Part shown: positions 26,363-34,764 of the stretch, one piece after another
How the letters are laid out: the number at the start of each line of letters is the position of its first letter
Numbering within the stretch: position 1 is the stretch's first letter
From: Candidatus Woesearchaeota archaeon
GTDB taxonomy: Archaea > Nanobdellota > Nanobdellia > Woesearchaeales > JAAOYA01
Reading direction: 5' to 3'
DNA length: 42,423 nt
Assembly (NCBI GenBank): GCA_018221105.1
Contig: JAAOYA010000011.1
Coordinates: 1-42,423, forward strand
The notes under the pieces: model-generated
The model's database searches: none
What the model was told of the DNA's origin: nothing
The model's input: the letters and a program-made list of their open reading frames with translations, nothing else
Translations under genes and position numbers: made by a program

Positions 26363-27184
26363 ATGGGATTGTTTAACATGTTGGATCCGCTGCTTGATGG
26401 AGCCATGGGCTTTTTGTTAAAACTCTCACCACTTGCTGGTCTTGTGGTGGTTTCTCTTGTTATGACTTTGTTTATAACTCTTATTTACAAGTTCACAACA
26501 GATCAAGTTTTACTAAAAGAATTAAAAGAGAATCAGAAAAAAGTTCAGGCTGAGATGCGAAAGCATAAGGACAATCCAAAAAAGGTTATGGAATTGCAAA
26601 AGAAAGCTTTTGCTGCAAGTGGTGTGATAATGCGCCAATCGATGAAGTCTATGATTTACACTTTTATTCCAATAATTATTTTGTTTGGTTGGGTTAGCGC
26701 GCACTTTGCTTACACTCCTATTAGTGTTGGCGATAATTTTAGTGTTATGGCTAATTTAGAGCGTGGAGCACAAGGAACAGTTAGCATTGTCGTGCCTGAA
26801 GGCTTATCAGTTTTGAGCGCTCAAAGTATTAACATCACTGATGGTCGTGTTGGATGGTTACTAATAGCTGATAATCCTGGCGATTACCAGGTTAGTTTTG
26901 AATACGTCAATGACATTGTCACTAAACGAGTTGTTGTTGAGGGCGAGCGTGGTTACTTGAAAAACATTAAGACTAAAAGAACATTTATTGAATTTGTCTA
27001 CGGTTCGCGAGAGGAAAGTATTGCGAAAAGCTCTTCTTTTAAACAAATTATTGTTGGTTATCAAAAATTAAAGCCTTGGGGGTCTTTTAGCTTGTTTGGT
27101 TACAAGCCAGGATGGCTTTTCACATACATAATATTCTCAATAATTGGTAGCACTCTTGTTAGAAAATGGTTCAAAGTACACTAA
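26363..27184 (+). CDS. DUF106 / EMC3-TMCO1 (Oxa1 superfamily) membrane insertase homologue with an inserted soluble domain
   Basis: TM1, coiled coil (LKELKENQKKVQAEMRK), TM2 (TFIPIIILFGW), beta-rich insert, C-terminal GWLFTYIIFS; canonical position after secY. Confidence 0.85.
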   Translation: MGLFNMLDPLLDGAMGFLLKLSPLAGLVVVSLVMTLFITLIYKFTTDQVLLKELKENQKKVQAEMRKHKDNPKKVMELQKKAFAASGVIMRQSMKSMIYTFIPIIILFGWVSAHFAYTPISVGDNFSVMANLERGAQGTVSIVVPEGLSVLSAQSINITDGRVGWLLIADNPGDYQVSFEYVNDIVTKRVVVEGERGYLKNIKTKRTFIEFVYGSREESIAKSSSFKQIIVGYQKLKPWGSFSLFGYKPGWLFTYIIFSIIGSTLVRKWFKVH

Positions 27185-27564
27185 TTTATTACTTCTTCAA
27201 ATAATAATCCTTTATTCTTTGCGATCTCTAGTGATGCTAAGTAGTTGTTGTTGGTTTCTTTTAGGTCTTCTGGGCTTATGAAGTACCAATTGTCGCGGTC
27301 AAAGCGTATTGCTACCCATGGTTCTGCTCCAAAGACTTGCGCGAATTCTATTAATTGACCGATTTCTTCTTTTGTTAAGTATTTGCTTATGCTTTTGGTG
27401 GCTTTGCACTCTACTGCTAGTCGTCTGATTTTATTTCCTGCTAGCAAGTCTGGTGCTGGGTGGGAGCTGCTGCCACTGCCTGCTGTTCGCAGGCAAGCCC
27501 AACCGTTTTGCCAGAATATTTTTTGCAGTTCTCGCTCTGCTTTGCTGCCTTTAACTTTTGACAT
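27181..27564 (-). CDS. hjc: Holliday junction resolvase Hjc
   Basis: KGSKAEREL...RTAGSG...PDLLAG...AVECK. Confidence 0.95.
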   Translation of the reverse strand: MSKVKGSKAERELQKIFWQNGWACLRTAGSGSSSHPAPDLLAGNKIRRLAVECKATKSISKYLTKEEIGQLIEFAQVFGAEPWVAIRFDRDNWYFISPEDLKETNNNYLASLEIAKNKGLLFEEVIN

Positions 27565-27618
27565 AGAAATTTGTAGTGTTTTGTTGTTTAAAAACTTGGC
27601 GTGCGCTTGTCCAGTGAC

Positions 27619-28518
27619 TTAAACTTTTACTTTTAGAAAATCGTATGCTGCGTATGTGTTTTGAAAGAACGCTCTGGCGTCTTCTTCTATTTCTACAGTG
27701 CTCTTGTAGCGTTGACTGAAATGTGTTAAATATAGTTTTTTTACGTTTGCGTTGTTTGCCACTAGTGTGGCGTCTTTTGTTGTCATGTGCTTGTACTCTT
27801 CAGCTTTTTCTTGCAAGTCACTCTTATAGGCTGATTCTGAGACTAAAACATCGGCGTCTTGTGCTAATTCTACCGCGCTAGTGCATACTTGTGTGTCCAT
27901 TACTATTGTTAGCTTCTTGCCTTTTTTTAGTTTTGTAGCTTTTAGTAGTGGTACTGCTTTACCTTTGTACATAATGCTTTGTCCACTAACTAGTTTTTTT
28001 AGGTGTGGGCCGTCTTTTATCTTGTGCTTTTTTAGGTATTCTGTGTCAACTCTTCGCTTGTCTTTTTCAATAATATTATAGCCTAAACATGGGGTGCTGT
28101 GATCTAATAGTGTGCATTCTAGTGCGTAATCTTCTGTTTCAAAAAACCTTTGTACTCCTTTAGGGTTTAATTCTATAACTTCTAAAGCTAGTTTAGTGTC
28201 ATATTGTACTGTTTGTAATAAGTGATCAATTCGTTTTCTAGTGTCTTTTGGCCCAAAAAGTATTATTTTAGGATTTTCATTAAAATTGCCAATTGTTTGA
28301 AACAATCCTATTAGGCCGCTGACGTGATCTCCATGCCAGTGAGTAATGAGTATTTTAGTGATTTTTGAGTGTTTTAGGCCGGCAATGCTCATCTGACGTT
28401 GTGTTCCCTCACCACAATCTACTAGAATTCCTTCGTTTTTATAACTAACAAAAAGGCTTGTTACATTACGATCTTTTGTTGGCACCATACTGCTAGTGCC
28501 TAAAAATGTTAATTGCAT
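27619..28518 (-). CDS. rnz: Ribonuclease Z
   Basis: FLGTSSMVPT, DCGEGTQRQ, THWHGDH, THFSQRY, exosite GP motif. Confidence 0.95.
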   Translation of the reverse strand: MQLTFLGTSSMVPTKDRNVTSLFVSYKNEGILVDCGEGTQRQMSIAGLKHSKITKILITHWHGDHVSGLIGLFQTIGNFNENPKIILFGPKDTRKRIDHLLQTVQYDTKLALEVIELNPKGVQRFFETEDYALECTLLDHSTPCLGYNIIEKDKRRVDTEYLKKHKIKDGPHLKKLVSGQSIMYKGKAVPLLKATKLKKGKKLTIVMDTQVCTSAVELAQDADVLVSESAYKSDLQEKAEEYKHMTTKDATLVANNANVKKLYLTHFSQRYKSTVEIEEDARAFFQNTYAAYDFLKVKV

Positions 28519-28599
28519 AATATTAATGTTGTAAAGTATTATTTAAAAAAGGCATGGTTTTTAAAAACCCTTATAAATAAAAATCGTTACTCTGTTTTT
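28519..28599. promoter_or_regulatory. Bidirectional promoter region for rnz and endA
   Basis: Plus-strand AAAAACCC-TTATAAATA (28563-28579), about 20 nt before the endA ATG; minus-strand TTTAAATA (28546-28539) before rnz. Confidence 0.55.
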
Positions 28600-29133
28600 A
28601 TGACTAAAACAATTGTACAAGGCAAAATTTTAGAGAATGCTGTAATCACTGAAGATAGTGATAAGGCTAGAGAATTCTATGCGAAAAGCGTTTTTGGAAA
28701 GCCAGTTAAAAGTGGCAGGATTCAAATGAGTTTAATGGAAGCTTTGTACTTGGTTGATAAAGAAAAGCTTGAAGTTTTGGATGGGCGCAACAAAATAGTT
28801 GATGATGACAAGTTCTTAAAAAAAGCTAAAAAGGTAGAGAAGAATTTTTGGGTTCGCTACCAAGTGTTCAAGGATTTGCGCAATCGTGGTTACGTTGTAA
28901 AAACAGCATTGAAGTTCGGAGCTGACTTTAGAGTCTATGACCGTGGTGTGAAACCTGGTGAGGATCACGCAAAATGGGTAGTTTATCCTGTGCACGAGTC
29001 AGAAGTTAACACTTGGTACGGTTTTAGCGCGAAAAATAGAGTGGCTCATTCAACTAAGAAAAGGTTGCTTATTGGTATTGTTGACGCTGAAGGTGACGTG
29101 ACATACTATGAGATTAAGTGGGTCAGGCCATAA
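28600..29133 (+). CDS. endA: tRNA-splicing endonuclease EndA (single-unit, alpha4-type size, 177 aa)
   Basis: LMEALYL, VFKDLRNRGY, KFGADFRVY(Tyr)...DH(His)A...RVAHSTKK(Lys). ATG 28600. Confidence 0.95.
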   Translation: MTKTIVQGKILENAVITEDSDKAREFYAKSVFGKPVKSGRIQMSLMEALYLVDKEKLEVLDGRNKIVDDDKFLKKAKKVEKNFWVRYQVFKDLRNRGYVVKTALKFGADFRVYDRGVKPGEDHAKWVVYPVHESEVNTWYGFSAKNRVAHSTKKRLLIGIVDAEGDVTYYEIKWVRP

Positions 29134-29166
29134 AGTATTAAAAATAGTAAAACTTTGGCACAATCT

Positions 29167-30063
29167 ATGAGTGATAAAGACAAAATATTACAACTGGTTC
29201 GCCAAAGAGGACCGTTACTGCCAATAGATATTAGCAAAGCTTTAGGCATGACTACAATATTCTCATCAGCTTACTTGTCTGAATTAGTAGATTCGAAAGT
29301 TTTACGCTTATCAAGTGTTAAAGTAGGAAGCTCGCCATTATACTATGCTCCAGGACAAGAGCACAAACTACAAAATTATAAGAGCAAACTGCACGAAAAA
29401 GAACAATTAACTTATGAAATATTAAAAAAAGAAGGAGTGTTGCGCGATGAAGGATTATCAACACTTAATCGTGTTGCTTTGCGCCAAATTAAAGATTTTG
29501 CAATACCATTAGAAGTACAATACGGTGAAGTAACTGAATTATTTTTTAAGTGGTACATGCTAGATGACAACACTGCTAGTGAAAAAATCAAAAAGATTTT
29601 AGCTCCACTAACTTCGAAGCCCGCTCCTGTGCCTGAAAAGCCAAAAGAAGTTGTTCAAAAACCCTCAGTTGTACAAGAAAAGCCAGAAGCGCCAAAGCCA
29701 AAACCTGCTCCTGTTGTTGCTGAGCCTAAAATTTTTAAGGACACTACAAAAACTGATGATTTTAGTGACCAACTTAAAAACTATTTTGCTCAAAAAAACA
29801 TTAAGATTGTCGAGCGAGATATCATTCGCAAAAACTCAGAAATCGATTATGTGTTGTTAATGCCAACAGCTATTGGCAGTGTGGAATATTATTGTAAAGC
29901 TAAAAGCAAGAAAAAAAATAATGATGGTGATTTGAGCGTTGCATACCTGCAAGGGCAAATGAAAAAATTACCGACAATCTTTTTGACAACTGGCGAAATC
30001 ACAAAAAAAGCACTTGAGAAAAGTAAGCAAGAATTTAAGGGAATGGTAATAAAACAGATATAA
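29167..30063 (+). CDS. Hypothetical protein: N-terminal winged HTH, Pro/Lys linker, C-terminal Mrr-like (PD-(D/E)xK-fold) domain
   Basis: ILQLVRQRGPLLPIDISKALG...LSELV wHTH; C-terminal EID...YYCKAK...FLTTGEITKKA pattern. Confidence 0.55.
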   Translation: MSDKDKILQLVRQRGPLLPIDISKALGMTTIFSSAYLSELVDSKVLRLSSVKVGSSPLYYAPGQEHKLQNYKSKLHEKEQLTYEILKKEGVLRDEGLSTLNRVALRQIKDFAIPLEVQYGEVTELFFKWYMLDDNTASEKIKKILAPLTSKPAPVPEKPKEVVQKPSVVQEKPEAPKPKPAPVVAEPKIFKDTTKTDDFSDQLKNYFAQKNIKIVERDIIRKNSEIDYVLLMPTAIGSVEYYCKAKSKKKNNDGDLSVAYLQGQMKKLPTIFLTTGEITKKALEKSKQEFKGMVIKQI

Positions 30064-30064
30064 A

Positions 30065-31096
30065 ATGGGAGTTAACATCAAAGACTTATTGAGTCGCAAA
30101 GAAATAGAGATTAATGACTTGAAAAATAAGCCATTAGCAATAGACGCTTTTAACATATTGTATCAATTCTTGACTACTATTCGCCAACGTGACGGTAGTT
30201 TATTGACAGACTCTCAAGGGCGTGTTACAAGTCATTTGACAGGACTTTTTAATCGCTCTGTAAAACTAATGAGTCAAGGATTAAAACTATGCTATGTGTT
30301 TGATGGAATAGTACCAGATTTAAAAAAAGCTGAACGTGAAAGACGCAAAAAACTAAAACTTGAAGCTGCTCAAAAATATGTTGAAGCAGTAGACGCTGAA
30401 GATTTAGAAGCTATGAAAAAATATGCTGCGCGCACTACAAAGTTAGAACCTGAAATGGTTGATGAAGCAAAAGAATTAGTAGAGGCTCTTGGCTTGCCAA
30501 TAGTACAAGCGCCGTCTGAGGGCGAAGCGCAAGCAGCCTATATGACACGAAATGATGACGTTTGGGCAACAGTAAGCCAAGACTATGACAGCCTACTGTT
30601 TGGCTCTACAAGAACAATTCACAATCTAACGATTAGTGAGCGAAAAAAACAAAAAGGAGCATTGTCATATGGCACTGTAAAACCAGAAATAATAGGATTA
30701 TCTGAAACTCTTAATAATATTGGTGTTGATCAAGAACAACTAATAGTTCTAGGGTTGCTCGTTGGTACTGATTATAATATTGGCGGCATCAAAGGAATAG
30801 GACCAAAAAATGCTTTAAAATTATTAAAAGAGTTTGGCAATGACTTTGAAGGACTTTTTAAAAAGGTTGAGTGGGATAAACAATTTGATTTTTCTTGGAG
30901 GACTGTTTTTGACTTGATTAAAAACATGCCAGTAAAAAAAGATTACAAACTAGAGTGGAAAATGCCTGATATTGAAAAAATCAAGCAATTATTAGTTGAC
31001 AAATACGATTTTAACGAAGAAAGAGTAATGTCACAACTTGACAAACTAAAAATCGAGCAAGAACAAAGACAACAAAAAACACTAGGCGAATTCTAA
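30065..31096 (+). CDS. fen: Flap endonuclease 1
   Basis: AIDAFNILYQFLTTIRQRDG, APSEGEAQAA, SQDYDSLLFG, GTDYN, C-terminal PIP box QKTLGEF. Confidence 0.98.
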   Translation: MGVNIKDLLSRKEIEINDLKNKPLAIDAFNILYQFLTTIRQRDGSLLTDSQGRVTSHLTGLFNRSVKLMSQGLKLCYVFDGIVPDLKKAERERRKKLKLEAAQKYVEAVDAEDLEAMKKYAARTTKLEPEMVDEAKELVEALGLPIVQAPSEGEAQAAYMTRNDDVWATVSQDYDSLLFGSTRTIHNLTISERKKQKGALSYGTVKPEIIGLSETLNNIGVDQEQLIVLGLLVGTDYNIGGIKGIGPKNALKLLKEFGNDFEGLFKKVEWDKQFDFSWRTVFDLIKNMPVKKDYKLEWKMPDIEKIKQLLVDKYDFNEERVMSQLDKLKIEQEQRQQKTLGEF

Positions 31097-31141
31097 TAGT
31101 ATACCAAAAAATATATATTTAAGAATATATTACTATTTTTT

Positions 31142-31765
31142 ATGCACGCCAAATTACTGTTTGTTAAAACCCCAAAACACAAACTAACAATTGAGTACGA
31201 CCACGCGTTTGTACAATCAAAAGATGTTATTGTAAAAAAAACTTTATTTGAAAAAATGTGCTTACAAGGTTGCAGTAATTACAACAACAAATACTCATGC
31301 CCAGCACTATCACCAAACTTTAAAGAATACACAAAAGAGCACGACAAATTATTCATTCTAATGATGTCAATGAATCTTAATCAATTACTAGATTATAAAG
31401 AATATTTGAAACTACAATTAGGTAATAGTGTTTTAAAATCACAAGTTGAAAAACTCATGCGCTCACTAGAAAAAAAGTATAATACAAAGTTTTTGAGCAC
31501 TGGTTCTTGTCGATTATGCAAGCCATGCAAGAAAAAAAACAGTCTTCCTTGCAAACACCCGACAAAAATGCGTTTTAGCCTTGAAGCACTAGGAGTTGAT
31601 TGTGATTATTTAACAACAACGCTTTTCAACAAACCACTATTATGGTACAAAAACAAAAAAGCTCCAACATATACGTTAGTGGTTTGCGCGCTGCCATTAA
31701 AAACATCAATTGACGAAAAAGAAGTTATTTTAGCTGCTGAAAACTTATTGGCTAAAACTTTATAA
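31142..31765 (+). CDS. DUF2284-family predicted metal-binding protein
   Basis: C-x3-C...Y...SCP; GSCRLCKPC...PCKHP...RFSLEALGVD. Confidence 0.8.
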   Translation: MHAKLLFVKTPKHKLTIEYDHAFVQSKDVIVKKTLFEKMCLQGCSNYNNKYSCPALSPNFKEYTKEHDKLFILMMSMNLNQLLDYKEYLKLQLGNSVLKSQVEKLMRSLEKKYNTKFLSTGSCRLCKPCKKKNSLPCKHPTKMRFSLEALGVDCDYLTTTLFNKPLLWYKNKKAPTYTLVVCALPLKTSIDEKEVILAAENLLAKTL

Positions 31766-31788
31766 AAAAAACCTTATTCTACACTCTA

Positions 31789-32613
31789 ATGAAGCTAAAA
31801 GAACTATTAAAAGACAAGTTATCAGTTGCCGAATTAGATTTAATGCCGACGTCATTTGATGTAGTAGGAGACATTTTGATATTTGCAGATTTTCCAACTG
31901 AATTAGTTAGTAAACAACAAGTTATTGGTGAGGCAATAATTGCAAAACGCAAAAACGTTAATGTTATTTTGAAAAAAACTGGCGAGTATTCGGGTGAATT
32001 GCGAACACCAGTATTAGAGGTCATTGCTGGCGAGAATCGCAAGGAAACAATTCACAAAGAAAACAATGTCAGATTGAAGTTAGACGTTGAAAAAGTCTAT
32101 TTTAGTGCACGCTCAGCAAACGAACGCTTGAGAATCTCTGAATTAGTTCAAGACGGCGAGAGTGTTTTGGTAATGTTTAGTGGATGCGCACCATTTGTTT
32201 GTGTCATTGCAAAAAATGCCGCACCTTCAAAGGTTATCGGGGTAGAGTTGAACAAAGTTGGTCATGAGTATGGTTTAACAAATGTTAAAATGAACAAATT
32301 AGAAAATGTTGAACTTATTAACGGCGATGTAAAAGAGATTGTTCCTAAACTTGGCGAGAAGTTTGACCGTGTGCTGATGCCACTACCTAAGAGCGCTGAG
32401 GACTTTTTAGACGTTGCTTTGACTGCTGTCAAGAAGGGTTCTATGGTGCACTTTTATGATTTTTTGCAAGAAAAAGAATTCGATCAAGCACGCGAGAAGG
32501 TTTTGAGTGCTTGTAAGCGAAATAATATTAAATGCGAGATTGTTGATGTTGTTAAGTGCGGTCAATACGCCCCGTACACTTTCAGGATTAGTGTTGACTT
32601 CAAAATCGTTTAA
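31789..32613 (+). CDS. trm5: Trm5/Tyw2-family SAM-dependent tRNA G37 methyltransferase
   Basis: SFDVVGDI, GELRTP, HKENNV, VYFSAR...ERLR, MFSGCAPF, FDRVLMPLPK, HFYDF. Confidence 0.85.
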   Translation: MKLKELLKDKLSVAELDLMPTSFDVVGDILIFADFPTELVSKQQVIGEAIIAKRKNVNVILKKTGEYSGELRTPVLEVIAGENRKETIHKENNVRLKLDVEKVYFSARSANERLRISELVQDGESVLVMFSGCAPFVCVIAKNAAPSKVIGVELNKVGHEYGLTNVKMNKLENVELINGDVKEIVPKLGEKFDRVLMPLPKSAEDFLDVALTAVKKGSMVHFYDFLQEKEFDQAREKVLSACKRNNIKCEIVDVVKCGQYAPYTFRISVDFKIV

Positions 32614-32629
32614 ATTACAGGTTTTCCTG

Positions 32630-32726
32630 TTTTGGGGGTGTTTTGTGCTGTGAGCTGGTGAACACCCGATGAAGCGCAAGCTGATGATTATAGGTAGTAA
32701 CTTGTGAGCACACACAAACCCCAAAA
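32630..32726 (+). ncRNA. Stand-alone box C/D-like guide sRNA inside a bulge-helix-bulge terminal stem
   Basis: C-like GTGAGC (32650-32655), guide GGTGAACACCC, D' ATGA (32669-32672), C' CTGATGA (32681-32687), D GTGA (32704-32707); terminal arms TTTTGGGG/CCCCAAAA. Box layout mirrors the tRNA-Trp intron. Confidence 0.72.
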
Positions 32727-32757
32727 AGAATATAAATAAAACCTTTTTACACAATAT

Positions 32758-33606
32758 ATGAAAAAAGAAGAATTCAAAAAATTAGATAGAATAATAGAAA
32801 TTCTAGAAGAAAAAAGTGACGCAGAACTTACAGAGGCTTTTTCTCCACTTCTTTGGTTTGTTAATGGTTTTTATAACTTATTAATACCTATTTTAAAAAT
32901 ATTTCAAATTAAAAGAAAAACTCTTATTCAAATATTATTAGTAATTACGTTAATTCTTATAAAATTTAATCAGATATCAATAAATTTAGCAATTGGAGTT
33001 TTAATTATTGCTGTAATTATAGAATTACTAGATAAACCAAAAATTAGATCATTTTTTAGTAGATTTTTTAAATATAAAGCAAGAAAAGAACATTTCTTTA
33101 ATGAATTGAACGATAAAAATTTATTAAATATAATTACTTTTCTTGAGCTGTGGGCAAGCGATGCTGAAAGTTTTATAAAAATTACTGAAGAATTTTATAA
33201 GCGGAAAAATTTAAGCGCCAACTATAGAAAAAAACTAATCTACGGGCTTCAAAAATTAATAAACAAATCAGAAATAAATATTTATTTGGAATGGTTATTA
33301 AATGATAAAAATAAAAGTATACAACATGAATTTTCAGAAAAAGATATAGCAAATTTAATATTAATAAGAAAAGACAAACTTTCAAAATATATCATTGATT
33401 CACTTGTGAAAAACTATGAAACTTCAAAATTAATAAAAACAGTGCTAGCTTTTTCTCAAGAAGACATACGCGTTAATAACTACAAAAATAATGTGTTTGA
33501 ACATTATATAGAATATATAAATAAAAATAAAGTTTCTTTATTTTTCAGAAACCATGACGGCATTATTAAAAAAATTCAAAAAGATATTAAAAAAAACAAG
33601 CTATAA
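32758..33606 (+). CDS. Very AT-rich hypothetical membrane protein
   Basis: 282-aa ORF with N-terminal hydrophobic segments; ATA/TTA/AAT-dominated codons; no recognisable motif. Confidence 0.6.
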   Translation: MKKEEFKKLDRIIEILEEKSDAELTEAFSPLLWFVNGFYNLLIPILKIFQIKRKTLIQILLVITLILIKFNQISINLAIGVLIIAVIIELLDKPKIRSFFSRFFKYKARKEHFFNELNDKNLLNIITFLELWASDAESFIKITEEFYKRKNLSANYRKKLIYGLQKLINKSEINIYLEWLLNDKNKSIQHEFSEKDIANLILIRKDKLSKYIIDSLVKNYETSKLIKTVLAFSQEDIRVNNYKNNVFEHYIEYINKNKVSLFFRNHDGIIKKIQKDIKKNKL

Positions 33607-33612
33607 CAATCT

Positions 33613-34764
33613 TCACCCGAACATGTGTAGGTAGTCTGTTCCTTCTAGTTCTTCTTCTTCTTTGACTTTCTTGATTGCTTTCTCGAAATCTGTGTGCTTG
33701 ACCTTGGATTGGTCTTTGCGGATTGCGAAGTATCCTGCTTCAGTACACACCGCTCTTATCTCGGCTCCTGAGAAATCGATTAGTTCTTTGGTGAGTTTGT
33801 CTTTGTTAACGCTGCGGTGCAATGGCATGTTTTTGGTGTGAATGTCAAAAATTTGTTTAATTCCTTCAAGCTCTGGCAGTGGAACGTGAATCAACCTGTC
33901 CAAGCGACCAGGCCTAGTAATGGCAGGATCCAGAATATCTTTGCGGTTTGTGCAACCGATTATTTTTACATCTCCTAGGTGTTTGAAGCCGTCAATTTCA
34001 GCTAGTAATTGCATGAATGTGCGTTGTACTTCTCGCTCTCCACTAGTGCCTAATTCCATGCGTTGTGCTGCTAGAGCGTCTAATTCATCAATGAACACAA
34101 TACTTGGCGCTTTTTCGCGCGCTAGAATGAATAATTCTTTTACTAGTTTGGCGCCTTCACCGATAAACTTTTGTACTAATTCTGATCCTACGATTTCGAT
34201 AAATGTTGAATTGGTGCTTTTGGCTACTGCTTTTGCGAGTAATGTTTTTCCTGTTCCTGGCGGACCATGTAATAATATTCCTTTTGGAGGGTTTATGCCT
34301 AGTTTCTTGAATAACTCCGGCTTTTTCAATGGTAGTTCCACTACTTCTTTTATTTCGTCTATTTGGCGTTGCAGGCCTCCTATTTTGTTCCATTGTACGT
34401 TTGGTTTTTCTATTATCACGAATTTTTCTGCGTTGAATTTTGTGCTTGCAGCTATTTTTTGTATTATTGTGAGGTTTTTTTGCTCGCATAGTACTGTGTC
34501 ACCAACAAATAATTTTTTTACTCTGCTGTCAATGTCGACAAAGAATTCGTTTCCGTTTGGCGCTTTGATTACTGCTTTGGTTTTTTTTTCGTGCAGGTCT
34601 TTTACTTCACATATCATTAGTGGCGGTGTCCTATACCTGTCCAACTCGTTTTTTAATTGGTTTATTGTTTCTCGTAGTAGTTTGTTTTCTTCTTCTATTC
34701 CGTTGTAGTCTATTGTGTAGTTGAAGAATTCTTTTGGTGTTGTTGTTGTTTTGTTGGTGCTCAT
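33613..34764 (-). CDS. pan: Proteasome-activating nucleotidase PAN
   Basis: N-terminal coiled coil, IGGLQRQIDEIKEVVELPL, GPPGTGKT, FIDELD, RPGRLDR, C-terminal MFG (HbYX-like). ATG 34764 overlaps the upstream stop. Confidence 0.95.
   Translation of the reverse strand: MSTNKTTTTPKEFFNYTIDYNGIEEENKLLRETINQLKNELDRYRTPPLMICEVKDLHEKKTKAVIKAPNGNEFFVDIDSRVKKLFVGDTVLCEQKNLTIIQKIAASTKFNAEKFVIIEKPNVQWNKIGGLQRQIDEIKEVVELPLKKPELFKKLGINPPKGILLHGPPGTGKTLLAKAVAKSTNSTFIEIVGSELVQKFIGEGAKLVKELFILAREKAPSIVFIDELDALAAQRMELGTSGEREVQRTFMQLLAEIDGFKHLGDVKIIGCTNRKDILDPAITRPGRLDRLIHVPLPELEGIKQIFDIHTKNMPLHRSVNKDKLTKELIDFSGAEIRAVCTEAGYFAIRKDQSKVKHTDFEKAIKKVKEEEELEGTDYLHMFG

Noticed and set aside
32681..32730. CTGATGA as a hammerhead ribozyme core
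   Set aside because: No stem II followed by GAAA; the C' box reading explains it better.
32407..32754. 115-aa minus-strand ORF across the trm5 end and the sRNA
   Set aside because: Antisense to trm5 with no motif; the region is explained by the RNA structure.
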